Source: Candidatus Fonsibacter sp. (GTDB lineage Bacteria > Pseudomonadota > Alphaproteobacteria > Pelagibacterales > Pelagibacteraceae). Taken from it: a DNA stretch of 64,000 nt. The stretch lies in contig JAYQPI010000002.1 in assembly GCA_038145245.1 (NCBI GenBank), positions 10,385-74,384 on the forward strand, written 5' to 3'. The position numbers and the translations under genes are program-made. The notes beneath the pieces were generated by a model. It worked only from the letters and a program-made list of their open reading frames with translations. It was not told the origin of the DNA and made no database searches. Below, piece by piece: positions 38,647 to 48,953 of the stretch (position 1 is its first letter; every line of letters starts with the position of its first letter).

Positions 38647-39312
38647 TTATTTTTTATTGATGTTAATAAATTCTAATCCTAAACTTAATCCTTCTACAGG
38701 AATAGAATGACCACAGCCTTTAAAAACTTTTGTTTTTAAGTTAAACTTGTTTTGTATTAAAAAATTTTTTGCCTCCATCATTTCCTCTAAAGGAACGATG
38801 CTATCATCATCTCCGTGCATTAAAAAAATTGAAGGTTTTGATTTAATATTTTTTGCTAAAAAAATAGGATCATAAATTTTTCCTGAATAACCAACTACTC
38901 CGGCGATCTTATTAGAATTCGTCAAAGCATAGTGTAATGACATCATCGTTCCTTGACTAAATCCTACTAAAAATAACTTTGAATAATCTAAATTTAATTC
39001 TTTTAATTTTGCATTAATAAATTCTGTTAATTTAAAAATTGAATTTTCCAGTTCAAAACCTATCTTTTTAACGTCATGACTCATAAGATCAAACCATTCA
39101 AATCCTCCTGGGTTTACTGAACATGAATTGGGTGCATTAGGTGAAGTGAAATAAAAATCTGGCAAGAATCTTTGCCAATAATTTCCAATATTAATTAAAT
39201 CTTTTCCATCAGCTCCGTATCCGTGACAAAAAACTACTAAATAGTTAGCCTTAGTAGAAATTTGTGACAAAGAAGTTGTTTTTAAAAATATATTTTCTTC
39301 GATTAATTTCAT
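38647..39312 (-). CDS. Phospholipase/carboxylesterase (alpha/beta hydrolase)
   Basis: HGYGADG, GFSQG, HGDDD.IVP, GHSI. Confidence 0.9.
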   Translation of the reverse strand: MKLIEENIFLKTTSLSQISTKANYLVVFCHGYGADGKDLINIGNYWQRFLPDFYFTSPNAPNSCSVNPGGFEWFDLMSHDVKKIGFELENSIFKLTEFINAKLKELNLDYSKLFLVGFSQGTMMSLHYALTNSNKIAGVVGYSGKIYDPIFLAKNIKSKPSIFLMHGDDDSIVPLEEMMEAKNFLIQNKFNLKTKVFKGCGHSIPVEGLSLGLEFININKK

Positions 39313-39362
39313 TAATATTTTATTTTATATAATTTTAATCATTTTATGATAACTATTTATTA

Positions 39363-39563
39363 ATGTCAGATTTAAGTCGTATTATTGCTATAGTTGCTTT
39401 GATTGTCGTTACCGTAATTCTTATTCGTGGAATAAAATCATTTTTTTTAGGTAGTAATATTGAAGATAAAAGACGAAGCAATAAATTAATGCAACTAAGA
39501 GTGATCGCTCAATTTGTTGCTATTGTGATTTTAATGACTTTATTTTATTTCTACAAAAAATAA
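39363..39563 (+). CDS. HIG1-like twin transmembrane helix small protein
   Basis: SNKLMQLRVIAQ motif between two TM helices. Confidence 0.8.
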   Translation: MSDLSRIIAIVALIVVTVILIRGIKSFFLGSNIEDKRRSNKLMQLRVIAQFVAIVILMTLFYFYKK

Positions 39564-39565
39564 AT

Positions 39566-40111
39566 TTAAAGATTTTGTAACCAATCAATAAATTTTTTAT
39601 CAATAAAATTAATAGAACCTATAACTCTAGCTATTTCTTTGCCGTTACGATCGATAATTAATGTTGTTGGTAGACCTCTTAATCCAATTTTATTAGCTAA
39701 TGTATACTCTGGATCATAATAAGTTGAAAAATTATTAATATTTAAATCTTTAAAGAATTTGTCTGTCTTTTTTTTATTTATTTTTTCAAGATTAATAGCA
39801 AATATCTTTATTTTATCTTTTCCAATGACATCAACTAACTTATCTATGGATGGCATTTCTTCTTTGCAAGGCACACACCAGGTAGACCAAAAATTAATTA
39901 GATTTATTTGATGATCAAATTTATTAAATTTTAATTTTTTGTTGGAAAAATCCATAAATTCCTCACCAATAATTTCTTTTGGAACCTCATGCACTACTAT
40001 GTTCTTAAAAGGAAGTTCTTTAATAGGTTGTGATAAAGAGTGATTAGTAATAAATAACAATAAACTGGTTATACAAACTAAATATTTAAAAAAATTACGT
40101 AAAAAAAACAT
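39566..40111 (-). CDS. tlpA: TlpA-family thiol-disulfide oxidoreductase
   Basis: INFWSTWCVPCKEEMP, GLPTT; divergent from argH. Confidence 0.88.
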   Translation of the reverse strand: MFFLRNFFKYLVCITSLLLFITNHSLSQPIKELPFKNIVVHEVPKEIIGEEFMDFSNKKLKFNKFDHQINLINFWSTWCVPCKEEMPSIDKLVDVIGKDKIKIFAINLEKINKKKTDKFFKDLNINNFSTYYDPEYTLANKIGLRGLPTTLIIDRNGKEIARVIGSINFIDKKFIDWLQNL

Positions 40112-40138
40112 AGTTTAGTTTTATATATTATTAAAAAT

Positions 40139-41527
40139 ATGACTAAAGCAAATAAAAATAAAGTATGGGGTACAAGAGTTAAAAAACCTACATCAAAACT
40201 TTTACAATCAATTAACTCATCAATTGATGTAGATAAAAGATTATTTAATGAAGATATTGATGCATCTATTGCTCATTGCGAAATGTTATCTAAGCAGAAA
40301 ATTATTAAAAGTGAGTCTGCTAAAAAAATTATTACTGGATTAAAAAAGATTAAAATAGAAATAAAAAATAATAAATTTGAATTTAAAAAAGAACATGAAG
40401 ATATCCATCTTAATGTTGAAAAAAGATTATTTGAAATTATAGGAGATCATGCCGGATTTCTTCACACTGCAAGATCAAGAAATGATCAGGTAGTCACAGA
40501 TTTTAAACTTTGGGTAAAAAAATCTGCAATCATTATTGATAAAAATTTAACTCTACTCATAAAAAGTTTTTTAAATAAAGCTAAAAAGAATATTGATGTA
40601 ATTATGCCTGGATTCACGCATCTTAAAAATGCACAACCAGTATTATTTTCTCATTATTTATTAGCATATGTAGAGATGTTCAAAAGAGACAAAAAAAGAA
40701 TCAAAAGTTTCTTAGAGAATATTAGTGAAAATCCTCTTGGATCTGCTGCTCTTGCTGGAACATCATATAATATAGATAGACATTTTACTTCAAAAAAACT
40801 TGGATTTAAAAAACCTACTGACAACTCGATTGACTCAGTATCTGATAGAGATTTTGCTATTGAATTCTTATTTATAGCATCTTTATGTTCAATGCATCTT
40901 TCAAGACTTGCGGAAGAAATAATTATTTGGAATTCAGATCTTGTAAATTTAATCACTCTTGAAGATAGTTTATTAACAGGTTCTTCAATTATGCCTCAAA
41001 AAAAGAATCCAGACTCAGCAGAATTAATTAGAGGTAAAACTGGAAGAATATTTGGACAGTTATCTTCTATGCTAACTACAATGAAAGGCTTGCCGCTCGC
41101 TTACTTTAAAGACATGCAAGAAGATAAGGAAAGTATATTTGATTCATATGATACACTTTTATTAAATATTCAACTTGCTACAGAATTAGTAAATGGAATA
41201 AAACCAAACAAAGCTAAAATGCTAGCAGCAGCAAAATTGGGTTTTACTACTGCAACAGATTTTGCAGACTATTTAGTAAAAAAAGGAATGTCCTTTAGAG
41301 ACGCTCATAAAAAATCTGCTACTCTAGTAAATATTGCTGAAAAAAATAATCAAACACTTGATGAATTAGATTTTTCGACAATAAAAAAAGTTGAAAAAAG
41401 CGTAGAAAAAGATGTTTTAAAAATGTTTGATTTAAAAAATTCAGTAAATTCAAAAAAATCTTATGGCGGAACATCGCCGTTTAATGTTAATAAAATGATA
41501 AAAAAATATCAAAAAGAGTTTAAATGA
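40139..41527 (+). CDS. argH: Argininosuccinate lyase
   Basis: EDIH, HTARSRNDQ, MPGFTHL, GSSIMPQKKNPD. Confidence 0.97.
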   Translation: MTKANKNKVWGTRVKKPTSKLLQSINSSIDVDKRLFNEDIDASIAHCEMLSKQKIIKSESAKKIITGLKKIKIEIKNNKFEFKKEHEDIHLNVEKRLFEIIGDHAGFLHTARSRNDQVVTDFKLWVKKSAIIIDKNLTLLIKSFLNKAKKNIDVIMPGFTHLKNAQPVLFSHYLLAYVEMFKRDKKRIKSFLENISENPLGSAALAGTSYNIDRHFTSKKLGFKKPTDNSIDSVSDRDFAIEFLFIASLCSMHLSRLAEEIIIWNSDLVNLITLEDSLLTGSSIMPQKKNPDSAELIRGKTGRIFGQLSSMLTTMKGLPLAYFKDMQEDKESIFDSYDTLLLNIQLATELVNGIKPNKAKMLAAAKLGFTTATDFADYLVKKGMSFRDAHKKSATLVNIAEKNNQTLDELDFSTIKKVEKSVEKDVLKMFDLKNSVNSKKSYGGTSPFNVNKMIKKYQKEFK

Positions 41528-41664
41528 TTAGAATTTTATTAATATTATCAATAATATTCTTAACAGCATCTTGTGGTGTAAAGAATAATCCCGTTTACCA
41601 ATCTTTAAATAATAATTTTGAGAAGCAATCTTTAGAAACAAAAATTGATATCAAAATCATTTAA
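41524..41664 (+). CDS. Small lipoprotein, LptM/LppL-like (not in ORF track)
   Basis: MIRILLILSIIFLTAS-CGVKNNPVY..., 46 aa; overlaps the argH stop and the lysA start. Confidence 0.65.
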   Translation: MIRILLILSIIFLTASCGVKNNPVYQSLNNNFEKQSLETKIDIKII

Positions 41665-42899
41665 TGAATTTTCTAAAATTCAAAAATAAAAATCTATTTT
41701 TTGAAAATATTGCTATATCAAAACTAGCAACTAAAATTAAAACTCCATTTTATCTTTATTCTCTAAGTCAACTAAAATTTAATTTTAATAATTTTAAAAA
41801 AAATTTTAAAAAAGCAAATCCAATTATATGCTTTTCAGTAAAATCAAACTCAAATTTAAAATTAATTTCTGAACTAAAAAAACTTGGTTCTGGCGCTGAT
41901 GTTGTTTCAATTGGTGAGTTAAAAATTGCTCTTCAAGCAGGAATTTCTCCAAAAAAAATAGTTTTTTCTGGAGTTGGCAAAACAGAGGAAGAATTAGATT
42001 TTGCAATTAAAAAAAATATTCTTTTAATTAATGCAGAATCGGAAGCTGAAATAAATGCAATAAATAAAATCGCTAAAATAAATAATAAAATTGTATCTGT
42101 CGGTATCAGAATTAATCCTAATATCTCAGCAAAAACTAATAAAAAAATATCTACAGGTAAAAAAGATAATAAGTTTGGTATTTCGATGAAAGCTTGTTTA
42201 GAAATATTTAATAATCAATATCATTATGAGTACATAAGATTTGAAGCAATTAGCGTTCATATTGGCTCTCAAATTATGGAAATTAATCCATTTAAAAAAG
42301 TTTTAAACACACTTTCAAACTTTAATAAAAAAATTAATTTAGTTGGTATCAACTTAAAGTATATCGATCTTGGAGGCGGAACTGGTATTCCATATTCAAA
42401 CAGTGAAAAAAAATTTAATCTACATCAATATTCAAATCTTGTACTTAAATTTAAAAAAACAAATAAAGTTGAAATTATATTTGAGCCCGGAAGATCTATT
42501 TGCGGCAATACTGGCGTATTAGTATCTCAAATTATTTATTTAAAAGATGTGCCTGGAAAAAAATTTATAATTATAGATGCTGCAATGAATGATTTAATTA
42601 GACCCGCTTTATATGGTGCAAAACATCAAATTTATCCTTTGTTAAAAAATACATTTATTATTAATAAAAATACCGAATTCGTAGGCCCAGTTTGTGAAAG
42701 TTCTGATACATTTATCTCTTACAATAAATACCAAAAACTAAATGAGGGAGATTATGTTTGTATTGATAATGTTGGAGCATATGGAAGATCTTTAGCTTCA
42801 AACTATAATTCAAGACCTTATTCTGCAGAAATTTTAATTAATAAAAATAAATACAAAGTAATAAAACAAAGACAAAAATTAGAATCTTTGATTAATTAA
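41664..42899 (+). CDS. lysA: Diaminopimelate decarboxylase
   Basis: SVKSN, DVVSIGE, HIGSQI, DLGGG, FEPGR, GPVCES.D, GAYG. Confidence 0.95.
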   Translation: MNFLKFKNKNLFFENIAISKLATKIKTPFYLYSLSQLKFNFNNFKKNFKKANPIICFSVKSNSNLKLISELKKLGSGADVVSIGELKIALQAGISPKKIVFSGVGKTEEELDFAIKKNILLINAESEAEINAINKIAKINNKIVSVGIRINPNISAKTNKKISTGKKDNKFGISMKACLEIFNNQYHYEYIRFEAISVHIGSQIMEINPFKKVLNTLSNFNKKINLVGINLKYIDLGGGTGIPYSNSEKKFNLHQYSNLVLKFKKTNKVEIIFEPGRSICGNTGVLVSQIIYLKDVPGKKFIIIDAAMNDLIRPALYGAKHQIYPLLKNTFIINKNTEFVGPVCESSDTFISYNKYQKLNEGDYVCIDNVGAYGRSLASNYNSRPYSAEILINKNKYKVIKQRQKLESLIN

Positions 42900-43589
42900 A
42901 TGCATTTTTTAAGATCTTTGGTATTTAATTTTGCAACTTACTGTGGATCTTTTTTTTCAACATTATTAGCTTTGCCAACTCTTATAATGCCAAGAAGAGC
43001 AATGCAGTGGTTGGCACGCATGTTGGGTTTTTATATTATTTTTTGTGTAAGATTTATTATTAATACAAAAATAATATTCAAAGGGTTGGAAAATATACCT
43101 AAAGATAGAAAATTTTTTATAGCTTCCGCACATCAATCAATATGTGAAACTTTTGTCTTTAATGCTGTACTTAATGCTCCTATTTTTATTGTTAAGACTG
43201 AATTATTTAAAATACCATTTTATGGATGGTGTATAAAAAAATTAGGATTTATTGGAGTTCATAGAGAAAAAACTACCAAAGATCATCTTGTTTTTTTAGA
43301 AAAGACTGCTGAAACTATTAATAAAGAATCTTCTCCTCTAATTATTTTTCCACAAGGAACCAGAATCAAAAATAATGAAAGAGTACCCTTAAAAAAGGGT
43401 GTATCTAGAATTTATGAAAAAGCAAAAGTTGCTTGCATACCTGTTAAATTAAATACGGGTGATGTATGGCCTAGAGATAATTTTCTTAGATTCCCAGGAG
43501 AAATTTCAATTGAATTTAAAAAACCAATTGAGCCAGGCTTAAGCATGAATGATTTTATGAATAAACTTGAAAAAGAAATTTACGATTAA
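42900..43589 (+). CDS. plsC: 1-acyl-sn-glycerol-3-phosphate acyltransferase family
   Basis: HQS..ET, K.EL..IP, IFPQGTR. Confidence 0.82.
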   Translation: MHFLRSLVFNFATYCGSFFSTLLALPTLIMPRRAMQWLARMLGFYIIFCVRFIINTKIIFKGLENIPKDRKFFIASAHQSICETFVFNAVLNAPIFIVKTELFKIPFYGWCIKKLGFIGVHREKTTKDHLVFLEKTAETINKESSPLIIFPQGTRIKNNERVPLKKGVSRIYEKAKVACIPVKLNTGDVWPRDNFLRFPGEISIEFKKPIEPGLSMNDFMNKLEKEIYD

Positions 43590-44488
43590 TTCTTTCTACC
43601 AAAATTAGGAATATTAATATCCTGTCCAGCTTTAACAATCGCTTGTCTAATCTTTCTAGTCTTAGAAAATAAATTAAATAATTTATTTCCATCTTTTTTT
43701 ATAATTGCACGCTTTAAATTACTTAAGTCTAAATTAAATTTATCTAACATATGAAGAATTTGTTTTCGATTATTAAGAGCAATATCTCTCCACATAGTAG
43801 GGTCTGAAGATGCAATTCTAGTAAAGTCTCTAAATCCACTTGCGCTATATTTAATCACTTCTGATTTTGTATCCTTTTCAAGATTGGCTGCGGTTCCTAC
43901 AATATTATAAGCTATTAAATGTGGAATATGACTTGTGATTGCCATAACTTTATCGTGATGCTCAGCTGACATATGTTGAACTTTACAGCCAATTTTTTTC
44001 CAAAAATTACTCAATTTTTTTAAAGAGCTAGGATTCTTTTTATTTACCGGCGTAATAATGCACCATCTATTTTTAAATAAATCAGCAAAGCCAGCTTCTG
44101 GACCACTTTGTTCTGTGCCAGCAACCGGGTGAGCTGGAATCCAAATCGTATTCTTACTTATTAACTTATTAACAGTATTTGTTACAAAAATTTTTGCTGA
44201 ACCAACATCTGTTAAAATACAATTTTTTATTAAGTGATCTTTAATAGCAGAAACAATCTTCTTATAAGTGCCTAGAGGGGTGCAAATAATTACAAGATCA
44301 GAACCTTTGACACTTTTTTCAAGATTACTTTCTATATGTTTAGTTATTTTAAGTTTGTAAGTTTTTTTTAATACTATTTTAGATTTATCATGAGCAACTA
44401 AGATTTTGCATAAATTATTTTTTTTAATCGCTCTAGCAATTGAAGAACCTATTAGACCAAGCCCTATTATAGTAATCTTATTAAACAT
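43586..44488 (-). CDS. tyrC: Prephenate/arogenate (cyclohexadienyl) dehydrogenase
   Basis: GLGLIGSS, TDVGSAK, HPVAGTE.SG, TSHIPH, GFRDFTRIA.SDP.MWRDI. Confidence 0.93.
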   Translation of the reverse strand: MFNKITIIGLGLIGSSIARAIKKNNLCKILVAHDKSKIVLKKTYKLKITKHIESNLEKSVKGSDLVIICTPLGTYKKIVSAIKDHLIKNCILTDVGSAKIFVTNTVNKLISKNTIWIPAHPVAGTEQSGPEAGFADLFKNRWCIITPVNKKNPSSLKKLSNFWKKIGCKVQHMSAEHHDKVMAITSHIPHLIAYNIVGTAANLEKDTKSEVIKYSASGFRDFTRIASSDPTMWRDIALNNRKQILHMLDKFNLDLSNLKRAIIKKDGNKLFNLFSKTRKIRQAIVKAGQDINIPNFGRKN

Positions 44489-45560
44489 TAAAAATTTTAT
44501 TCAGAGTTCTTAAAAATAGATTATTTTCTTTATTATTTCCAATAGTCACTCTTAGTGAATTAGGCAAACCATATCCCTTCATTTTTCTTAATATGATCTT
44601 AGATTTAATAAATTTATCATAAACCTTATCCGCTGTTATTTCTTTATTATCAAAACGCATCAAAAAGAAATTAGCAACGGGAACATTAGTTAAAATCCCT
44701 AAATTAATAAAATTTTCAAAAAATATATCTGCCCATTTTCGATTATGTTCTATATTTTTTTTTAACCAATTTTTATCATTTAAAGCCTCAACCCCAGCCA
44801 CTTGCGCTGCAGAATTAACATTAAAAGGAGGTTTAATAAGTTTCATTGCGGAAATAATATTTTTGGGACCATAACCCCAACCAAGTCTTAAACTTGCTAG
44901 ACCATATATTTTAGAAAATGATCTAGTAACCAGCACATTACTATAATTTTTAAACAAATCTAAACCAGAAACATAATCTTTATTAATAACAAATTCACAA
45001 TACGCATCATCAACTACTAATAAAATATTGCTACGCAATTTTTTCCTAAGAGATAGCATCTCATTTTTATCTAGATATGTTCCTGTTGGATTATTTGGAT
45101 TGGCTAAAAAGATAATTTTAGTTCTAGATGTTACTTTTTCTAATATAGAATCTATATTTGCTTTAAAATCTTCTTCAGGCGCTACAATAACTTTACCACC
45201 GTAAATTTTTGCATAGATTCTGTACATTAAAAAACTGTACTCTGTGACTAAAACCTCATCATTTGGTTTTAAAAATAATTGGCAAGCTAAGCTAATTATT
45301 TCATCTGAACCGTTTCCAATAATAATATTATTAGGATTAAGTTTTAAATTCTTAGATATTGATTGAATTAAAATATTCGAATTTCCATCTGGATATCTGG
45401 ACAATTGTGTACTTTTTTTAACAAATGCTGAAATAGCTTTTTTCGAAGGTCCTAAAGCAGATTCATTAGCCGAAAGTTTTATTGGCTTTTTAATATTTTT
45501 TATTTGTGACAACCCGCCTACATATTTTAAATTATCAAAATTTTTAAATCTTAACGGCAT
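44481..45560 (-). CDS. hisC: Histidinol-phosphate aminotransferase
   Basis: KLSANE, RYPD, GNGSDE, NPNNPTG, RSFSKIYGLASLRLGW. Confidence 0.95.
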   Translation of the reverse strand: MPLRFKNFDNLKYVGGLSQIKNIKKPIKLSANESALGPSKKAISAFVKKSTQLSRYPDGNSNILIQSISKNLKLNPNNIIIGNGSDEIISLACQLFLKPNDEVLVTEYSFLMYRIYAKIYGGKVIVAPEEDFKANIDSILEKVTSRTKIIFLANPNNPTGTYLDKNEMLSLRKKLRSNILLVVDDAYCEFVINKDYVSGLDLFKNYSNVLVTRSFSKIYGLASLRLGWGYGPKNIISAMKLIKPPFNVNSAAQVAGVEALNDKNWLKKNIEHNRKWADIFFENFINLGILTNVPVANFFLMRFDNKEITADKVYDKFIKSKIILRKMKGYGLPNSLRVTIGNNKENNLFLRTLNKIFNV

Positions 45561-45688
45561 ATTTTATAAATAATTGCTGATTTTATTTTTTAATTAACAC
45601 AATGCTATTATGGTTGATACTATTTATAAAAATAAATCTTATAAAATTTTTGAAAACATTAATAAGATCAATGATAAAACCGAATAAA

Positions 45689-45717
45689 TTGACAATAAAT
45701 TATCCCTAAGATAAAAA
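45689..45717 (+). promoter_or_regulatory. Sigma70-like promoter for the SAM-II/metW transcript
   Basis: TTGACA-N17-TAAAAA just upstream of the aptamer. Confidence 0.55.
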
Positions 45718-45721
45718 CCAT

Positions 45722-45772
45722 TTGCGCTGATTTACCGAATTGCGAGCGCATACAAACAGCTAAAAAGGTAAA
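45722..45772 (+). ncRNA. SAM-II riboswitch
   Basis: TGCGCT-GATTT-ACCG-AATTGCG-AGCGCA...GCTAAAAAGGTAAA: P1 TGCGCT/AGCGCA, conserved GATTT, TTGC and GCTAAA, pseudoknot TTTACC/GGTAAA; upstream of a met gene. Confidence 0.85.
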
Positions 45773-45802
45773 AAATCACTACAAAGTGTTTTTTTAAATT
45801 AA

Positions 45803-46405
45803 ATGAAATTAGAGTCAAAAATAGTAATAGATTTTATAAAACCATTCACAAAAGTTCTTGATGTAGGTTGTGGAGATGGAAGTATTCTTCTTCACTTAAA
45901 AAAAGAAAAAAAAATTGATGCTCGAGGTATTGAGATTGATCACGAAAAAGTCAAAGAAAGCCTAAGCAAAGGTCTTTCTGTTGTCGAAGGGGATGCAGAA
46001 AAAGATCTAATTAACTATCCTGATCAATCTTTTGATTACGTAATTCTAACACAAACTCTACAAGCTTTTTACAAACCCAGAAAAGTTTTGCATGAACTTT
46101 TAAGAATTGGAAAAAATGCGATTGTATCTATTCCTAACTTTGGCTACTGGAAAGTTAGATTTAGTTTACTTCTTAAAGGACGTATGCCTGTTACAAAAAC
46201 TTTACCCAACACATGGCATGACACCCCTAATTTACATATGTGCACAATTAAAGATTTTTTTGATTTGTGTCATTCTGATAAGATTGACATAATAAAATCG
46301 GTTGCTGTAACTCAAGATAAATCTTCAGCAATTTCAGATTTAAATTTAGAAATAAAAAATCTTTATTCAGAATTTGGTATTTTTTTAATTAGCAAAAAAA
46401 ACTAA
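45803..46405 (+). CDS. metW: Methionine biosynthesis protein MetW
   Basis: VLDVGCGDG, FDYVIL.QTLQA, VSIPNFGYW, GRMPVT, W.DTPNLH.CTIKDF. Confidence 0.93.
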   Translation: MKLESKIVIDFIKPFTKVLDVGCGDGSILLHLKKEKKIDARGIEIDHEKVKESLSKGLSVVEGDAEKDLINYPDQSFDYVILTQTLQAFYKPRKVLHELLRIGKNAIVSIPNFGYWKVRFSLLLKGRMPVTKTLPNTWHDTPNLHMCTIKDFFDLCHSDKIDIIKSVAVTQDKSSAISDLNLEIKNLYSEFGIFLISKKN

Positions 46406-46415
46406 TCTTTCTTTT

Positions 46416-47180
46416 ATGATGGTTACTCATATTATTCCATGTTTAAAAGATAATTATGCTTACATTGTAGAAAATAAAAAAACTAAAAATGCATGCGTTA
46501 TCGATCCTTCTGAGTCAGAACCTATTATAAATTTTTTAAATATAAATAAACTAAATCTTAAATATATTCTAAATACCCATCATCATGCTGATCACATAGG
46601 GGGAAATCTAGAATTAAAAAAAAAATTCAATTCAAAAATATTAGGCTTTGAAAAAGATAAAAATAGGATTCCAGGAATTGATATTTTTTTAAAAGATAAA
46701 CAAATTTGGAATTTTGAAGAATCCAATGTTTTAGTAGAGCATGTTCCTGGTCATACCTCTGGTCACATATTTTATTATTTTAAAAATGAAGAATTTGTCT
46801 TTACAGGTGATACCTTATTTTCATTTGGATGTGGTAGGCTGTTTGAGGGTTCTTATTTAGAGATGATTAATTCTCTAAAAAAAATTAGATCCTTACCATC
46901 TAAAACAAAATTATATTGCGGCCACGAGTACACAATTAACAACTTAAAATTTTGTATAGAAATTGATAAAAACAACCCAGAACTTAAAAAAAAGTATACT
47001 CAAGTCAGCAATCAAATTAAGAATAAATTACCAAGTGTCCCTTCTAGTATAAGTGAAGAAATAAAATTTAATATTTTTTTGAAATTTGATGATCTAGAAT
47101 TTAAAAAATCAATAGGACTTGAGGGTCTAAATGAAGTAGATTTTTTTAAAAAGATTAGAGATTTAAAAGATAATTTCTAA
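46416..47180 (+). CDS. gloB: Hydroxyacylglutathione hydrolase (glyoxalase II)
   Basis: DNYAY, THHHADHIGG, PGHT.GH, FTGDTLF..GCGR.FEG, CGHEYT. Confidence 0.95.
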   Translation: MMVTHIIPCLKDNYAYIVENKKTKNACVIDPSESEPIINFLNINKLNLKYILNTHHHADHIGGNLELKKKFNSKILGFEKDKNRIPGIDIFLKDKQIWNFEESNVLVEHVPGHTSGHIFYYFKNEEFVFTGDTLFSFGCGRLFEGSYLEMINSLKKIRSLPSKTKLYCGHEYTINNLKFCIEIDKNNPELKKKYTQVSNQIKNKLPSVPSSISEEIKFNIFLKFDDLEFKKSIGLEGLNEVDFFKKIRDLKDNF

Positions 47181-47261
47181 AAACCAACATTCCTTAACAT
47201 AATCACAATCTTGACAAGCTAAGGCACCTATATATATTGCCCTGACCTAAAAATATTACAT

Positions 47262-47669
47262 ATGACTTTTGCAGTAATTAAAACTGGTGGTAAACAATAT
47301 AAAGTGTCAGCAAACGATACTATTAGAATTGAAAAGCTTGATAATCAAGCTGGTAAAGTTTTTGAATTTAAAGAAGTTCTTCTAACAACAGACAATACCT
47401 CAACTGAAATAGGATCACCTATGATCGATGGTGCATATGTTGAAGCTGAACTTTTAAAACAAGCAAGAAATGACAAAGTTATTATTTTTAAAAAAAGAAG
47501 AAGACAAAATTCGAGAAGAAAACGTGGACATAGACAAAATGTTTCAATAGTGAAAATTTTAAAAATTTATGGTAAAAGTGGTAAACTTTTAGCTGAAGTT
47601 AAAAATTCTACTGTAGAAAAAAAAACTTCTGAAAAAAAAGTTGAAACTAAAATAACAGATAAAAAATAG
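47262..47669 (+). CDS. rplU: 50S ribosomal protein L21
   Basis: FAVIKTGGKQYKV, FKKRRR..SRRKRGHRQ; TTGACA upstream at 47211. Confidence 0.97.
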   Translation: MTFAVIKTGGKQYKVSANDTIRIEKLDNQAGKVFEFKEVLLTTDNTSTEIGSPMIDGAYVEAELLKQARNDKVIIFKKRRRQNSRRKRGHRQNVSIVKILKIYGKSGKLLAEVKNSTVEKKTSEKKVETKITDKK

Positions 47670-47676
47670 ATAAAAA

Positions 47677-47931
47677 ATGGCAACAAAAAAAGCTGGTGGA
47701 TCGACAAAAAACGGACGCGATAGTGCTGGAAGGCGACTAGGCGTAAAAAAATTTGGCGGTCAATCTGTGATAGCTGGAAATATTATTATGAGACAAAGAG
47801 GAACAAAAATGTTCCCTGGTAATAATGTTGGTATGGGTAAAGATCATACAATTTTTTCTAAAATAAACGGTGTTGTAAAATTCGAGACAAAAAAACTCGG
47901 AAGAACTTACATTTCAGTAATCCCTCAATAA
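47677..47931 (+). CDS. rpmA: 50S ribosomal protein L27
   Basis: [31 protein letters not shown]. Confidence 0.97.
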   Translation: MATKKAGGSTKNGRDSAGRRLGVKKFGGQSVIAGNIIMRQRGTKMFPGNNVGMGKDHTIFSKINGVVKFETKKLGRTYISVIPQ

Positions 47932-47960
47932 ACTCAGTTTATTTTTAAACTGAGGTTTTT
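47930..47960 (+). terminator. Intrinsic terminator after rpmA
   Basis: ctcagttta-tttt-taaactgag followed by gttttt. Confidence 0.7.
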
Positions 47961-47975
47961 ATTTATAATCAATAG

Positions 47976-48953
<978 letters not shown>

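Noticed and set aside
45600-45710. Two short ORFs (25 and 35 aa) in the hisC-metW spacer as metX remnants
   Set aside because: They lie upstream of the riboswitch, show no MetX similarity and have no RBS.
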